A stretch of 64,000 bases of DNA from Anaerolineae bacterium (GTDB lineage Bacteria > Chloroflexota > Anaerolineae > JAADDB01): NCBI GenBank assembly GCA_015486845.1, contig WFQU01000129.1:3955-67954 (forward strand), read 5' to 3'. The stretch's first letter is position 1; the number at the start of each line of letters is the position of its first letter. This document shows positions 47,507 through 57,861 of the stretch, one piece after another. The translations under genes and the position numbers were made by a program. Below the pieces are notes generated by a model, which saw only the letters and a list, made by a program, of their open reading frames with translations, made no database searches and had not been told where the DNA came from.

Positions 47507-48358
47507 ATGGCTGAACAAGCTAAACTAACACCTAACGATTATAAAAGTGGCGTCAAGCCGATTTGGTGCCCTGGTTGTGGCGATTATGCTGTCTTCAACG
47601 GCGTTTTGACCGCACTGTCCACATTGCAAATTCCGTTTCATCAAATTTCCATTGGCTCAGGGATCGGCTGCTCCGGGCGTTTCCCGGCTTTCGTGAAATC
47701 TTTCGGCTTCCACGGCGTACACGGCCGCGCTTTGCCGCTCTCCACCGGCATGAAAATGGCCAACCCGGACTTGACCGTTTTGACCGTCGGCGGCGATGGG
47801 GACGCATTCTCCATTGGCGGCGGTCACATTGCGCATGCCGCCCGCCGCAATGTCGATGTAACCTACATCGTCATGGATAACGAGATATATGGTTTGACCA
47901 AAGGGCAGCCTTCACCCACCAGCCCATTAGGTTTGGTGCGCAAAGCCTCGCCCTACGGCACAGTGGAACAGCCATTGAATCCGTTGCCCATGGTTTTAGC
48001 AACTAACGCTTCCTTCGTCGCCCGTGGCTTTTCTTCCCGGCCCAAGGATTTAGCTGCTTTAATTCAGAAGGGGATCGAGCACAAAGGCTTTTCTTTCATT
48101 CAGGTGATGAGCCCATGCGTTAGCTTCCACAATACCTACAAGCATTTCCGTTCCGTGACAAAGCCGCTACCGGAAGATCACGATTCATCCGATATGAATA
48201 GCGCTATGAAATACGCATTGGACCAAGAAACGGTTTGGTTGGGCATTTTCTTCGAGCGCCAGGCGCCATCTTACGACGAACTGCAGCGAGGCGTGCAGGA
48301 AAAGGTGCACAAAGAGGGCTACGACGTAGAAACACTGGTGCGAGGCTTCTTGCGCTAA
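47507..48358 (+). CDS. korB: 2-oxoacid:ferredoxin oxidoreductase, beta subunit (TPP-binding)
   Basis: GDG...N TPP motif region (TVGGDGDAFSIGGGH) and CPGCGD. Confidence 0.85.
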   Translation: MAEQAKLTPNDYKSGVKPIWCPGCGDYAVFNGVLTALSTLQIPFHQISIGSGIGCSGRFPAFVKSFGFHGVHGRALPLSTGMKMANPDLTVLTVGGDGDAFSIGGGHIAHAARRNVDVTYIVMDNEIYGLTKGQPSPTSPLGLVRKASPYGTVEQPLNPLPMVLATNASFVARGFSSRPKDLAALIQKGIEHKGFSFIQVMSPCVSFHNTYKHFRSVTKPLPEDHDSSDMNSAMKYALDQETVWLGIFFERQAPSYDELQRGVQEKVHKEGYDVETLVRGFLR

Positions 48359-48454
48359 GCGCTGATCAGCCAACAGGAGTGAACCGCGTCCTGTTTTGTT
48401 AGTCATTGGCGTTGCCCTCCAGCAATGTGCTGGGGGGCGATTTTTTGCCGGGGA

Positions 48455-48556
48455 GTTATCATAAGCCCGACAAGGTGGAGAAGTTCAACTTCTGTCAGAA
48501 GTTGAACTTCTCCACCGGAAAGTTTTCTTGACGCTTTGCGTCGGCTATTTTCAAGG
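48455..48556 (+). repeat. Repeat block made of a partial module S, hairpin H (48479..48510) and leader module T (ttttcttgacgctttgcgtcggctattttcaagggacagc), ending 6 nt before the birA ATG
   Basis: GAAGTTCAACTTCTgtcAGAAGTTGAACTTC. The T module also occurs at 52955..53020 upstream of the PBP gene. Confidence 0.8.
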
Positions 48557-48562
48557 GACAGC

Positions 48563-49342
48563 ATGGAAGAACGAATACCGCCGTTGACGGACGCCATTGC
48601 TTGGCGTTGGCGACGGCTGGACAAAGTTACATCCACGCAGGATATTGTCCGGCGTGAGGCGGAAGCCGGCGCGGCAGCGGGGCTAATTTTGTGTGCTAAT
48701 TGGCAATCCGCCGGCCGGGGGCGTTTGCAGCGCCGTTGGGAAAGCGCCCCCGGCGCCGCGCTGCTCTGTTCACTGTTGGTGCGGCCAATAGCGTTGCCCG
48801 CTCAGCAGGCCGCCCATTTGACCATGATCACAGCGTTAGCACTGGCGGATGCCGTTGCCGAGACGGCCGGCGTGCAGCCGGATATCAAATGGCCCAACGA
48901 TCTATACCTGCAAGGACGCAAATTAGCCGGCATCCTGACAGAAACGCAGATAGACGCTAATAATGTGCAATGGGCAGTCATCGGCTTCGGGCTGAACTTG
49001 CGGCGCAGTTTTCCAGAAGGGCATCCCTTGGCCCGGCAGAGTATTGCTTTAGCCGAAGTCTGTGGGGCCGTGCCGGAACGAGAAACTTTGTTGCGGGCCG
49101 TCGTGTTGCATTTAGCCGCATCTTGTCGCCGCCGGCGCGCGGGCTGGTCTCCGCACAGAGCATGGCAGCAGCGATTGCTGACACTGGGCCGCGAGGTAAC
49201 CGTCACAGCGGGGGCTAAACGATGGCACGGCACCGCCGTGGGAACGACCTCCGCCGGCGCGCTGCAACTGCGTCTGCAAAATGGGTCGTTACGAGAAATA
49301 TGGGCAGGTGAGGTCACGCTAAGTGCCTCGATAGGAGATTAA
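48563..49342 (+). CDS. birA: Biotin-[acetyl-CoA-carboxylase] ligase (catalytic and C-terminal domains, no N-terminal HTH)
   Basis: BPL motif (QSAGRGRLQRRWESAPGAALLCSL), KWPND. Confidence 0.8.
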   Translation: MEERIPPLTDAIAWRWRRLDKVTSTQDIVRREAEAGAAAGLILCANWQSAGRGRLQRRWESAPGAALLCSLLVRPIALPAQQAAHLTMITALALADAVAETAGVQPDIKWPNDLYLQGRKLAGILTETQIDANNVQWAVIGFGLNLRRSFPEGHPLARQSIALAEVCGAVPERETLLRAVVLHLAASCRRRRAGWSPHRAWQQRLLTLGREVTVTAGAKRWHGTAVGTTSAGALQLRLQNGSLREIWAGEVTLSASIGD

Positions 49343-49470
49343 ACCAGCCGCTATTTGTCTCCGCCACGGGCAATATTTGACAGGCACGCTGCCTTATCAT
49401 AGGATTGTGGATGAAATGCTATAGTGTTACGGTAATGTAATTTTCAAGAGAGTAAAGGGGTAAGAAGTTA

Positions 49471-50028
49471 ATGATTGGTGTTCATAATTTACGTAAAGGT
49501 GTAACTTTTGAATTAGACGGCGAGTTATATCGTGTCATGGATTTTCACCACCACAAACCAGGACGGGGCACGGCGGTTATCCGCACACGGCTGCGCAATT
49601 TGCGCACTGGCGCAACGATTGATCGCACATTTACCTCTGGCGGCAAAGTACAAGACATCCGCCTCGACCATGCCACCGTGCAATATCTCTATAATGATGG
49701 CCAGATGTACTATTTCATGGACTCGGAAACATTCGAACAGGTGGCTTTGCCGGCAAATGTGCTGGGCGACATGGTCAATTATTTGGTAGATAGCATTAAC
49801 GTCGAGCTGGAAACGTATAACCACGAGCCAATTAGCATTGAACTACCAACAACGGTGGATATGAAAGTAATCAAAACAGATCCGGGCTGGGCCGGTGATA
49901 CAGCGCAAAATGCCACCAAAGCATGTGTCGTGGAAACTGGATTGACCATACAAGTACCTTTATTTGTCAACGAAAACGATGTCATTCGGGTAGATTCGCG
50001 CACGGGCACTTATGTGACACGGGTTTAG
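49471..50028 (+). CDS. efp: Elongation factor P
   Basis: 185 aa with the KPGKG loop (HHHKPGRGTA), KOW-like and OB domains. Confidence 0.9.
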   Translation: MIGVHNLRKGVTFELDGELYRVMDFHHHKPGRGTAVIRTRLRNLRTGATIDRTFTSGGKVQDIRLDHATVQYLYNDGQMYYFMDSETFEQVALPANVLGDMVNYLVDSINVELETYNHEPISIELPTTVDMKVIKTDPGWAGDTAQNATKACVVETGLTIQVPLFVNENDVIRVDSRTGTYVTRV

Positions 50029-50210
50029 GGACCTTTGCGGGTAACGAGATAGCAAGTTTTTTTGACGACGTGCTAATTCTATGTGGGTAGTGCTTGCAAG
50101 GGTACCCTTTCTCTGTGTATAATGTTCTTTCACGCGTTAAGCGGATACGTAGACACGGCGATTTATTTACAGCCGGCTTAAGCGAGGAGAAACGGTCGTT
50201 ATTGAGGAAA

Positions 50211-50782
50211 TTGTCACAAGCCCGCCACAGCGGCTGAAAAACTGCGGCTGGTGTAAGCCTTTAGGTGGGTTGGTGAGTCTATTACCGACTAAAGCTTCGA
50301 TTCCGGTACGGCGGCGGGGTACGTCAAGGTAGCGTCTGTTGCCAAGAGGCGACTCAACACCAGCCCCCTTTCTGGTGGCTTCTTGGCGACGTAGCACGGG
50401 CCTTTGACCTCCGTGCGCTTGGGCAGGGAACGCCGTCGATTAAAGTTCAACTTTTTGAAAAAGTTGAACTTCTTAAAGGAGACCTGATTTTGAAGGGACT
50501 GTTTCCGTATTGCCTGCGTAATATATTTGAGATCAGCGTTAATCAGCGTTCTATTTTCAAGGGAGTTATCATGGGCCTGCGGCACACCACAGCGGATGAA
50601 AACCTATGGCTGGACTCGAGCCTTTAGGCGGTTTTGTAGCGTTACCCCCGGCTAAAGCCTCGAGTCCGGCGCAATGGGAGCTATTTTCAGGGGAGAATCT
50701 GTTACTAATTTCTTGACCATTGTTTTTTATCTGCGTGCGCAGCCTGCGTTGATCTGCGTCCCATTTTTATTTTCAGAGGAGG
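50211..50782 (+). repeat. Largest repeat cluster in the window. It contains module S with the R2 copy (50211..50440), hairpin H (50443..50471), a second S with leader L' block (50510..50610), and leader module L (50715..50782), whose AGGAGG is the secG Shine-Dalgarno sequence.
   Basis: Direct alignment with the copies at 4740..5150 and 22160..22566. The upstream part of track ORF 50674..51012 is repeat sequence. Confidence 0.85.
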
Positions 50783-50790
50783 TTTTGAGA

Positions 50791-51012
50791 TTGACAACAT
50801 ATCTTTATATCATTCAAATGATCTTAGCCGTTGCTTTAATCATCATCGTCATGGTAGGATCGAAAGGTTCCGGTGTAGGTAGTGTATTCGGTGGCGATTC
50901 GGCCGTTTATAACACCCGTCGCGGGGTAGACAAGCTTTTGTTTCAAATCACCATTGGTCTCTCTTTCGTTTTCTTCCTGATATCGCTGCTCTCGGTGATG
51001 ATCGGCGGCTAA
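50791..51012 (+). CDS. secG: Preprotein translocase subunit SecG (TTG start)
   Basis: TTG start 8 nt after AGGAGG. 73 aa with two transmembrane helices and a glycine-rich loop (GSKGSGVGSVFGG), typical of SecG. Confidence 0.65.
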   Translation: MTTYLYIIQMILAVALIIIVMVGSKGSGVGSVFGGDSAVYNTRRGVDKLLFQITIGLSFVFFLISLLSVMIGG

Positions 51013-51027
51013 TTTGGTCTTATCGCG

Positions 51028-52683
51028 GTGAAACGACATCTTTATTGGCAAACGCTTGTTGCATTGGTGGGCATCGTGTTAGTCGTCGGTGTTTTGGGTA
51101 CGGCTTCTCACCGTTATACGACCACGGTCATTGCTGAAAACGGCGGGGTCTTCCGAGAAGGCATGACCGGTGCACCACACTATCTGAATCCGCTCTTGTC
51201 GGCATTCAACCAGACAGATCAAGACTTAACACCCCTAATTTTCGATGGTTTGGTCAAAGTCGACGTGCGCGGCGTGTACCATCCCGACTTAGCTAAAAAA
51301 TGGTGGATCGATACCACCGGCATGACCTATACCGTTGCGCTGCGACCGGACGTGCGTTGGCACGACGGCCAGCTCTTTACCGCCGATGATGTTCTGTACA
51401 CGATCCAGGTCATGCAGTCACCGAATTTCCCCGGTTTACCAAGTTTGCACGATTTTTGGAGCAATGTCCGGGTCAAGAAGATCACGGACTATGTGGTTCA
51501 ATTTCGACTGGCAGAGCCGCTCTCTTCTTTCTTAGATGCGTTGACCATTGGCATTCTGCCGGCCCATCTCTGGAAAAACATTCCGGTTGACGTGCTTGAT
51601 AAGTCCGATTTGAATCTCAACCCGGTTGGGACCGGTCCTTTCAAATTCCAGGCACTCTATCGAGATCACTTAGCTTTAGTACCCAATCCTTTTCAGCACG
51701 GCGGGCAACCTTATTTACAAAGCGTGGATTTTTACTTCTATCCGAACCCATTCGCTATGTTGAACGCTTATCAAAAGGGCAACTTGGATGGAATGTCCGA
51801 TATCCCGCCCGATTTACTTCCAGAAGCTAAACAGCTTGACGATTTGCAACTTTTCTTCGGTGCCCGACCTGCTTATGTGGCCATTCTCCTGAATTTGCAA
51901 AATGCTGATGTGCCTTATTTGCAGGATGTGCGAGTGCGCCGGGCGTTGCTTATGGCCATCGACCGGCAAAAACTCATCGATAAGGTACTGAACGGTGCCG
52001 GCGTGATCGCAGAAACGCCTTTCCTGCCCGATAGCTGGGCTTACACAAACGACATTCATCATTACACTTACGACCCAGGCGCAGCAAAGCAGTTGCTCAC
52101 CGCCGCCGGCTGGCAACGGCAGGGCGATAGTTTTCGCAGCAAGGCAGGGAAACCGTTGACTTTGACCCTTTATTGCGACGACAGGTCGGTTCACATTGCG
52201 CTCGGCCAAGCTATCGTGCAGGCATGGCGAGCCATTGGGGTCGACGCTCAGTTGAAAACAGCCTCCTTTGCCGACATTGTGAATGACCAGTTACGGCCAC
52301 ATAAATTCCAGGCTGCATTAGTCCGTTGGGATTTGCATGGAGATCCTGATCCTTATCCTTTGTGGCATTCAACGCAAATGGAACACGGGCAAAATTACGG
52401 CGGTTGGCAAAATCGCCATGCTGATGAGGCGATGGAACAAGGCCGACGAGCTATCACGATGACTGATCGCATCACGGCCTATCATGCATTCCAACAGATT
52501 TTTGCCGATCAGGTGCCGGCGCTGTTGTTATACGCTTCCATGTTCACCTGCGGTGTGCGTGACAATATACACGGCGTGCGCATGGGCAGTGTGACCCGCC
52601 CGGCCGATTGTTTTCGCTATTTCTCGGCATGGTACATAGCCGAGAAGCGTGTACCCGTTTATCCGGCAGCCGACCAGCCATGA
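51028..52683 (+). CDS. ABC transporter substrate-binding protein, family 5 (oligopeptide/nickel type)
   Basis: N-terminal signal/anchor, SBP_bac_5-like length (551 aa) and pattern. Confidence 0.75.
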   Translation: MKRHLYWQTLVALVGIVLVVGVLGTASHRYTTTVIAENGGVFREGMTGAPHYLNPLLSAFNQTDQDLTPLIFDGLVKVDVRGVYHPDLAKKWWIDTTGMTYTVALRPDVRWHDGQLFTADDVLYTIQVMQSPNFPGLPSLHDFWSNVRVKKITDYVVQFRLAEPLSSFLDALTIGILPAHLWKNIPVDVLDKSDLNLNPVGTGPFKFQALYRDHLALVPNPFQHGGQPYLQSVDFYFYPNPFAMLNAYQKGNLDGMSDIPPDLLPEAKQLDDLQLFFGARPAYVAILLNLQNADVPYLQDVRVRRALLMAIDRQKLIDKVLNGAGVIAETPFLPDSWAYTNDIHHYTYDPGAAKQLLTAAGWQRQGDSFRSKAGKPLTLTLYCDDRSVHIALGQAIVQAWRAIGVDAQLKTASFADIVNDQLRPHKFQAALVRWDLHGDPDPYPLWHSTQMEHGQNYGGWQNRHADEAMEQGRRAITMTDRITAYHAFQQIFADQVPALLLYASMFTCGVRDNIHGVRMGSVTRPADCFRYFSAWYIAEKRVPVYPAADQP

Positions 52684-52701
52684 ACACGGTAACATTGGTG
52701 A

Positions 52702-52733
52702 GACGTTCAACTTCTCAAAGAAGTTGAACGTCT
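52702..52733. repeat. Hairpin H variant with compensatory outer-stem changes (GACGTTCAACTTCTcaaAGAAGTTGAACGTC)
   Basis: Same invariant core as the other copies. The outer base pair has switched from A:T to C:G. Confidence 0.85.
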
Positions 52734-52954
52734 TCACCGGAAAGCTCCGTGCTACGTTAATGGGAAGCCCCCTTCAGGGGGCTGAAGTCACGCAGCCCGC
52801 TTCAGCGGGCTTGGACTTGCTGTAGCCCGGCGGCTTTAGCCCCGGGCAGGTTTGCGGTGCGGCTTCAATTGCGGTTGTGATCAGCGGCAATGAATTAGGT
52901 GCCCCTGATGCGGCAGATTTAATCCTGAGACGGCAGGTCACGGACCTGCCTGGA

Positions 52955-53020
52955 ACGCGGCAAAAAGCTTTTTTGACGCTCGGCGTCTTTGCGGCTCAGC
53001 GTCGGCTATTTGCAAAGGGA
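52955..53020 (+). repeat. Leader module T (ttttttgacgctcggcgtctttgcggctcagcgtcggctatttgcaaagggag), ending 13 nt before the PBP1A start
   Basis: Homologous to 48521..48556. It supplies the GGGAG Shine-Dalgarno sequence. Confidence 0.75.
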
Positions 53021-53033
53021 GTCATAGAACGTT

Positions 53034-56000
53034 ATGCAAAATATTGATCTTGTCCGTATCATCCGGCGCCGCCGGGGACGTCGTGTCCGGCACCAATCCA
53101 TTAGCGTGCCCGGCTGGACATGGCGCCTGACCATTGCCAATATTGCCGTGGTCATAGCAGTTGTTGTTTCGCTGCTCATGGTCAGCGGCGGCACGGCGAC
53201 GGCCGTTTATTTGCATTTTGCCCGCCAATTGCCGGACCCAAGCGCTATCGAAACCAAACAAGAGAAATTCGAGACGGTTCGTATTTACGACCGAACGGGC
53301 AAACATCTCCTTTACGAAGCCATCGATCCCCGACCTTACCGCGGTGATCGCACCTATGAACCACTGCGCGACATTTCACCCTGGCTACAAAAGGCAACTA
53401 TCGCGTTAGAAGACCGCAGCTTTTATACCAATCCCGGCGTTAATGTGCGCGGCATCGCACGCGCTTTTTTTGCTAATTTACAGGGCCAATCCGTACAGGG
53501 CGGTAGTTCTATCACCCAGCAACTCATCAAAAGCGTTCTCTTCAGCTATCACGAGCGCGTGTCTCGCAGCTTTACCCGCAAAATCAAAGAAGTCATCATG
53601 GCGGTGGAAATCACACGCCGCTATCCCAAGAACAAAATCTTGGAATGGTATCTGAACTATAACTTTTACGGCAATGCAGCTTATGGTATCGAAGCAGCGT
53701 CTCGCATTTATTTCGACAAGCCGGCTAAGGACTTAGACCTGGCGGAAGCAGCCATGTTAGCCCATTTGCCGCAATACCCGGCGCTGAATCCCATCAATAA
53801 CCCGATCGATGCCAAACGCCGCCAGAAAAAAGTCTTGCAGGCTATGGTGAGTGCCGGCTACATCACGCAGGCACAAGCTGATGCGGCGTTTGCCGAGCCG
53901 TTGGATGTACGTAAGTCCGCTGCCGAACGGTATCATATCAATGATGCCCCACATTTCGCCCTGTACGTGCTCCACGAATTAGACCATCGCTACAACACGC
54001 CCCAAGATCCTTTCCGTATTTGGAAGGAAGGGCTTGTGGTTTACACAACACTGGATTACGATTTGCAAAAACAGGCCGAGAAAATTGCCCGCGAGCACAT
54101 TAAAGCGCTGGAAGCGGATAAAAAGGTAGACCGCAACGCACACAATGCAGCGGTTGTCGTCCTACGTCCCTCCACCGGTGAGGTCTTAGCCATGGTTGGC
54201 AGCTTAGACTTCTACAACAACGCCATCAACGGCCAGGTGAACATGGTCACGGCGAACCGGCAGCCCGGCTCCAGCTTCAAGCCGTTCACGTACATGACCG
54301 GCTTTGCGGGGAAATTCTCGCCGGCATCTATGGTTTTGGACGTCCGGACTGTCTTCCCAGACCCGCAGACCGGCGTTTATGTGCCGGAAAACTACTCTCG
54401 CACTTATCATGGCCCACAGAGCTTGCGCCAGGCCTTGCAACGGTCGCTCAATATCCCCGCGGTCTGGCTCATGAGCCAGGTCGGCGTGCGCAATGTACTG
54501 AAAACAGCCCATAAAATGGGCATCACGACGCTGAACCAGGATTATTATGGCCTCAGTTTGACGCTGGGCGGCGGCGAGGTCAAATTGATTGATATGGCTT
54601 ACGCTTTTGGTGTCATGGCGAATAACGGCTACATGGCCGGCAAACCGGTGCCAGTGGACCAACAGCGCCTTGGTTACCGTGTTCTCAATCCTGTTTCCAT
54701 TCTATTAGTCAAAGATAAAGACGGCAAAGTGATCGATCAGTTCACCAAACCGGAGATTACCCAGGTCATCACGCCGCAACTGGCCTATATGATGAACAAT
54801 GTTTTGTCCGACCCTAAGCCGCGGCCTATGACATTTGGCCGATTCGCCAAATATCTACAATTGCCGGATGGCCGGCCGGTGGCCGCCAAAACCGGCACAA
54901 CCAACGATTTCCGCGATGCGTGGACCATCGGCTACACGCCCCAGATCGTCACCGGCGTCTGGGTCGGCAATGCCAACAACGATGCCATGAATCATATCTC
55001 CGGCGCGGTGGGTGCAGCGCCTATTTGGCAGGATGTAATGAAGTACGCATTGCGTGATACCAAACCGATGAGCTTCACCGAGCCGCCGGGCATTGTGCAC
55101 ATGGATATATGCTGGCCTTCCGGCCTATTAGTAACCGATGCCTGTAAACAAGTTCACGCGGTGCAAAAAGACATTTTTCTGCCCAAGAATGTGCCCACGA
55201 AACCGGATAATGTTTGGCAAGTGTTCCGCATCAACCGACAGAACGGTAAATTGGCGACGCCATATACGCCACCGGAGCTGATCGACGAGAAAATATTCGA
55301 GATCCTTCCACCTCATGCGGATGACTGGATCCGCCAGGCACACGTTCCGCAGCCACCGAGGCAGTACGATGATACCTACGCAAATGTCGTGCTCAATGGC
55401 GACACGGTGATCGCTCAGCCCCGGCCCTACGCTTATGTGCATGAAATGGTGGAGATACGCGGCAACGCTCGCGCCGGCCGTGGTTATCATATTTTATTAG
55501 GCCAGGGCCTCGCACCGAAGACATGGCAACAGATTGGCCCAGACCATTGGAACCACGTCAGCAACAACGTGTTAGAATACCTGGATACCCGCACTTTCCC
55601 GGATGGCGTTTATACTTTACGCTTAGCTGTTTTGAATGGCAGCGGCGAAGTCAATGATATTCCCATCGTAATCGATAATACGCCCCCCAAAGTGGAAATC
55701 ACCTCACCCACTTACGACGAACTTTTCGTCAAAGAAGATGACGAGTGGGTCATGGTGCAAGTGAATGCCACCGATCAATGGGCAATGGACAAGGTAATCT
55801 TTTCCATTGATGGCACCGATTTTGCCACCAGCACGGTGCCGCCGTACAACCAGCGCTGGAACATTGTCATTTCCGATACAAAAGTGTACACAGAGACCCG
55901 CTGGCTGACCGTCAAAGCTTTCGACAAAGCCGGCAATGAAACGGATAGCGATCCGTTACCCATTCGCGTTATTTCCAAGAAGAAAAAATTGCCGGCTGAG

Positions 56001-56165
56001 GGGGGAGCTGGGAGTAATCCCAGCGGAACCCGGCTACCAGTCGGCCCCATTTGGTCCTATCGCCGACCACAACAGCAACCAGTAGCTACCCTGCCAGGCG
56101 CCCGTCCGCCCGAGCTGTGGGCTGAGGGCCAGGCCCGAGAGCGTCAAGGGCCAAGAAAGACATGA
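53034..56165 (+). CDS. Class A penicillin-binding protein (transglycosylase plus transpeptidase) with a C-terminal extension of about 300 aa, beta-rich and probably Ig/Fn-like
   Basis: GT51 motifs (EDRSFYTNPGVN, GGSSITQQL) and transpeptidase motifs SxxK (GSSFKP), SxN and KTG (AKTGTTND). 1043 aa. Confidence 0.9.
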   Translation: MQNIDLVRIIRRRRGRRVRHQSISVPGWTWRLTIANIAVVIAVVVSLLMVSGGTATAVYLHFARQLPDPSAIETKQEKFETVRIYDRTGKHLLYEAIDPRPYRGDRTYEPLRDISPWLQKATIALEDRSFYTNPGVNVRGIARAFFANLQGQSVQGGSSITQQLIKSVLFSYHERVSRSFTRKIKEVIMAVEITRRYPKNKILEWYLNYNFYGNAAYGIEAASRIYFDKPAKDLDLAEAAMLAHLPQYPALNPINNPIDAKRRQKKVLQAMVSAGYITQAQADAAFAEPLDVRKSAAERYHINDAPHFALYVLHELDHRYNTPQDPFRIWKEGLVVYTTLDYDLQKQAEKIAREHIKALEADKKVDRNAHNAAVVVLRPSTGEVLAMVGSLDFYNNAINGQVNMVTANRQPGSSFKPFTYMTGFAGKFSPASMVLDVRTVFPDPQTGVYVPENYSRTYHGPQSLRQALQRSLNIPAVWLMSQVGVRNVLKTAHKMGITTLNQDYYGLSLTLGGGEVKLIDMAYAFGVMANNGYMAGKPVPVDQQRLGYRVLNPVSILLVKDKDGKVIDQFTKPEITQVITPQLAYMMNNVLSDPKPRPMTFGRFAKYLQLPDGRPVAAKTGTTNDFRDAWTIGYTPQIVTGVWVGNANNDAMNHISGAVGAAPIWQDVMKYALRDTKPMSFTEPPGIVHMDICWPSGLLVTDACKQVHAVQKDIFLPKNVPTKPDNVWQVFRINRQNGKLATPYTPPELIDEKIFEILPPHADDWIRQAHVPQPPRQYDDTYANVVLNGDTVIAQPRPYAYVHEMVEIRGNARAGRGYHILLGQGLAPKTWQQIGPDHWNHVSNNVLEYLDTRTFPDGVYTLRLAVLNGSGEVNDIPIVIDNTPPKVEITSPTYDELFVKEDDEWVMVQVNATDQWAMDKVIFSIDGTDFATSTVPPYNQRWNIVISDTKVYTETRWLTVKAFDKAGNETDSDPLPIRVISKKKKLPAEGGAGSNPSGTRLPVGPIWSYRRPQQQPVATLPGARPPELWAEGQARERQGPRKT

Positions 56166-56169
56166 TAAT

Positions 56170-56967
56170 ATGCGTTTACCTTTAATTTTACTGACCAACG
56201 ATGACGGCGTGGACGCGCCGGGATTGCTGGCGCTCCGCCAGGCGCTTGTCGATATCGCCGAAGTGGTTGTTTTTGCGCCCAGCCACAATTGGTCCGCGGC
56301 CGGACACACGAAAACGATGCATAAGCCGATGCGGGCTTATCCGGTCACGCTGGCCGATGGCTCGCCGGCTACGGCGACCACCGGCGCGCCTTCGGATTGT
56401 GTGGCGTTGGCGCTGCTGGGATTATTGGACCGCAAGCCGGATTTGGTCATTTCCGGCATCAACCTGGGCGCTAATTTAGGTTTCGATATTACATATTCCG
56501 GCACAGTGGCCGGTGCCATGGAAGGGGTCGTGGCCGGCATTCCCGGCATCGCTTGTTCCCAGGAATTCGACAAAGACAGCACTCGGCCCGATTTTGGGTT
56601 GGCCGCGCAAGCGTGCCGTGAGGTGATTCATCGTGTATTGTTACACGGATTGCCCGACAAGATTTTTCTGAACGTTAATGTTCCATTGCACTCGGCTATC
56701 CAGCCACGCATCCGCATTAGCCGCTTGGGGAAACGGGTCTACCGGGACAAATTAATCGTCCGGGAAGACCCGCGTGGGCAGCCTTACTATTGGATCGGCG
56801 GTGAAGCGCCCACCGGTGTTTATCAATCGGGAACCGATGTCGCTATTCTACAGGAAGGTGATATTTCCGTAACCCCCCTTTCTTTGGACCTGACGGCTAT
56901 GGAACTCATGGATGTGCTGAAAAGTTGGCGCTGGAAACGAAATCTATCTAGTATCAAAAATCATTGA
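56170..56967 (+). CDS. surE: 5'/3'-nucleotidase SurE
   Basis: SurE N-terminal motif (ILLTNDDGVDAPGL). 265 aa. Confidence 0.9.
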   Translation: MRLPLILLTNDDGVDAPGLLALRQALVDIAEVVVFAPSHNWSAAGHTKTMHKPMRAYPVTLADGSPATATTGAPSDCVALALLGLLDRKPDLVISGINLGANLGFDITYSGTVAGAMEGVVAGIPGIACSQEFDKDSTRPDFGLAAQACREVIHRVLLHGLPDKIFLNVNVPLHSAIQPRIRISRLGKRVYRDKLIVREDPRGQPYYWIGGEAPTGVYQSGTDVAILQEGDISVTPLSLDLTAMELMDVLKSWRWKRNLSSIKNH

Positions 56968-57860
56968 CGGTATATGGAGGCCTACACGTGCACAGATCGG
57001 CTGCTGGGGTGATTTTGCCCGCTGCTAAAACGGATGTAGCCCAAGAAGGATTATTGCTGGCTTTTGGGAGCTTCGTCGCCGGCATACTAATATTAATGCT
57101 TGTGATCAAGCGTCCGTGGGGTATCGTTTCTTACCTCTTACTGCTGATCGCCATTCTCGTTACGGCTGTGGCCGCACGCTTGGCATACCGCAGTTACGCA
57201 CTGATGCGGTTGCGGTATCAAATCAATCGCGATGCGGTTTTCATTTATTGGGGGTGGAGCCGGTACACACTGCCGCTACCGAACATCGAGGGCATCAGAG
57301 CACAGCGCACGCCAGAAATAGAGCCACCGCTTTCCCGCTGGCAGGCTATTTGGCGTTGGCCGGCGGCGTTTGTCGGTCGTACCTTAACGGCAAACGGCCC
57401 TGTGTTCGTTTTAGCCAGCCAGCCCACGCCCCAGCAGTTGCTCCTGGAAGTGAATCGGGGCATACCTTGCGCCCTTTCCCCGGCCGATCCGGAAGCATTC
57501 CTGCAAACACTGTCCATTCGCCATCACCTGGGCCCTAATCGGCGCCTGGAAGCCGGGTTCTCAGCGCCGGTTTTATGGCGGGCGCCTTTGCTGCACGACC
57601 GCTTAGCGCTCTCTCTCCTTCTGACCGGATGGCTGCTACTTTTTGGATTACTAACCTACTTGACCTGGCATTGGCCGGCAGCGCAGTGGAGCCAGGAGCA
57701 GAGAGCACTATTGCTAATAGCGGCTATCATTTCGTTGGTGAATAGTGTGGCCGGTCTTTTGCTCTACGCGTTACAACGTTGGGAAAGTTATTTACTCTGG
57801 AGCGCCACTGTGCTAATCAACGGCATTGCGTTCATGGCACTCTTTTTAATTCCGGGCTAA
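56964..57860 (+). CDS. Hypothetical polytopic membrane protein, possibly of the bacterial PH-domain (YdbS/YdbT-like) type
   Basis: Multiple transmembrane helices and no strong family motif. The start is uncertain. Confidence 0.45.
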   Translation: MTVYGGLHVHRSAAGVILPAAKTDVAQEGLLLAFGSFVAGILILMLVIKRPWGIVSYLLLLIAILVTAVAARLAYRSYALMRLRYQINRDAVFIYWGWSRYTLPLPNIEGIRAQRTPEIEPPLSRWQAIWRWPAAFVGRTLTANGPVFVLASQPTPQQLLLEVNRGIPCALSPADPEAFLQTLSIRHHLGPNRRLEAGFSAPVLWRAPLLHDRLALSLLLTGWLLLFGLLTYLTWHWPAAQWSQEQRALLLIAAIISLVNSVAGLLLYALQRWESYLLWSATVLINGIAFMALFLIPG

Positions 57861-57861
57861 A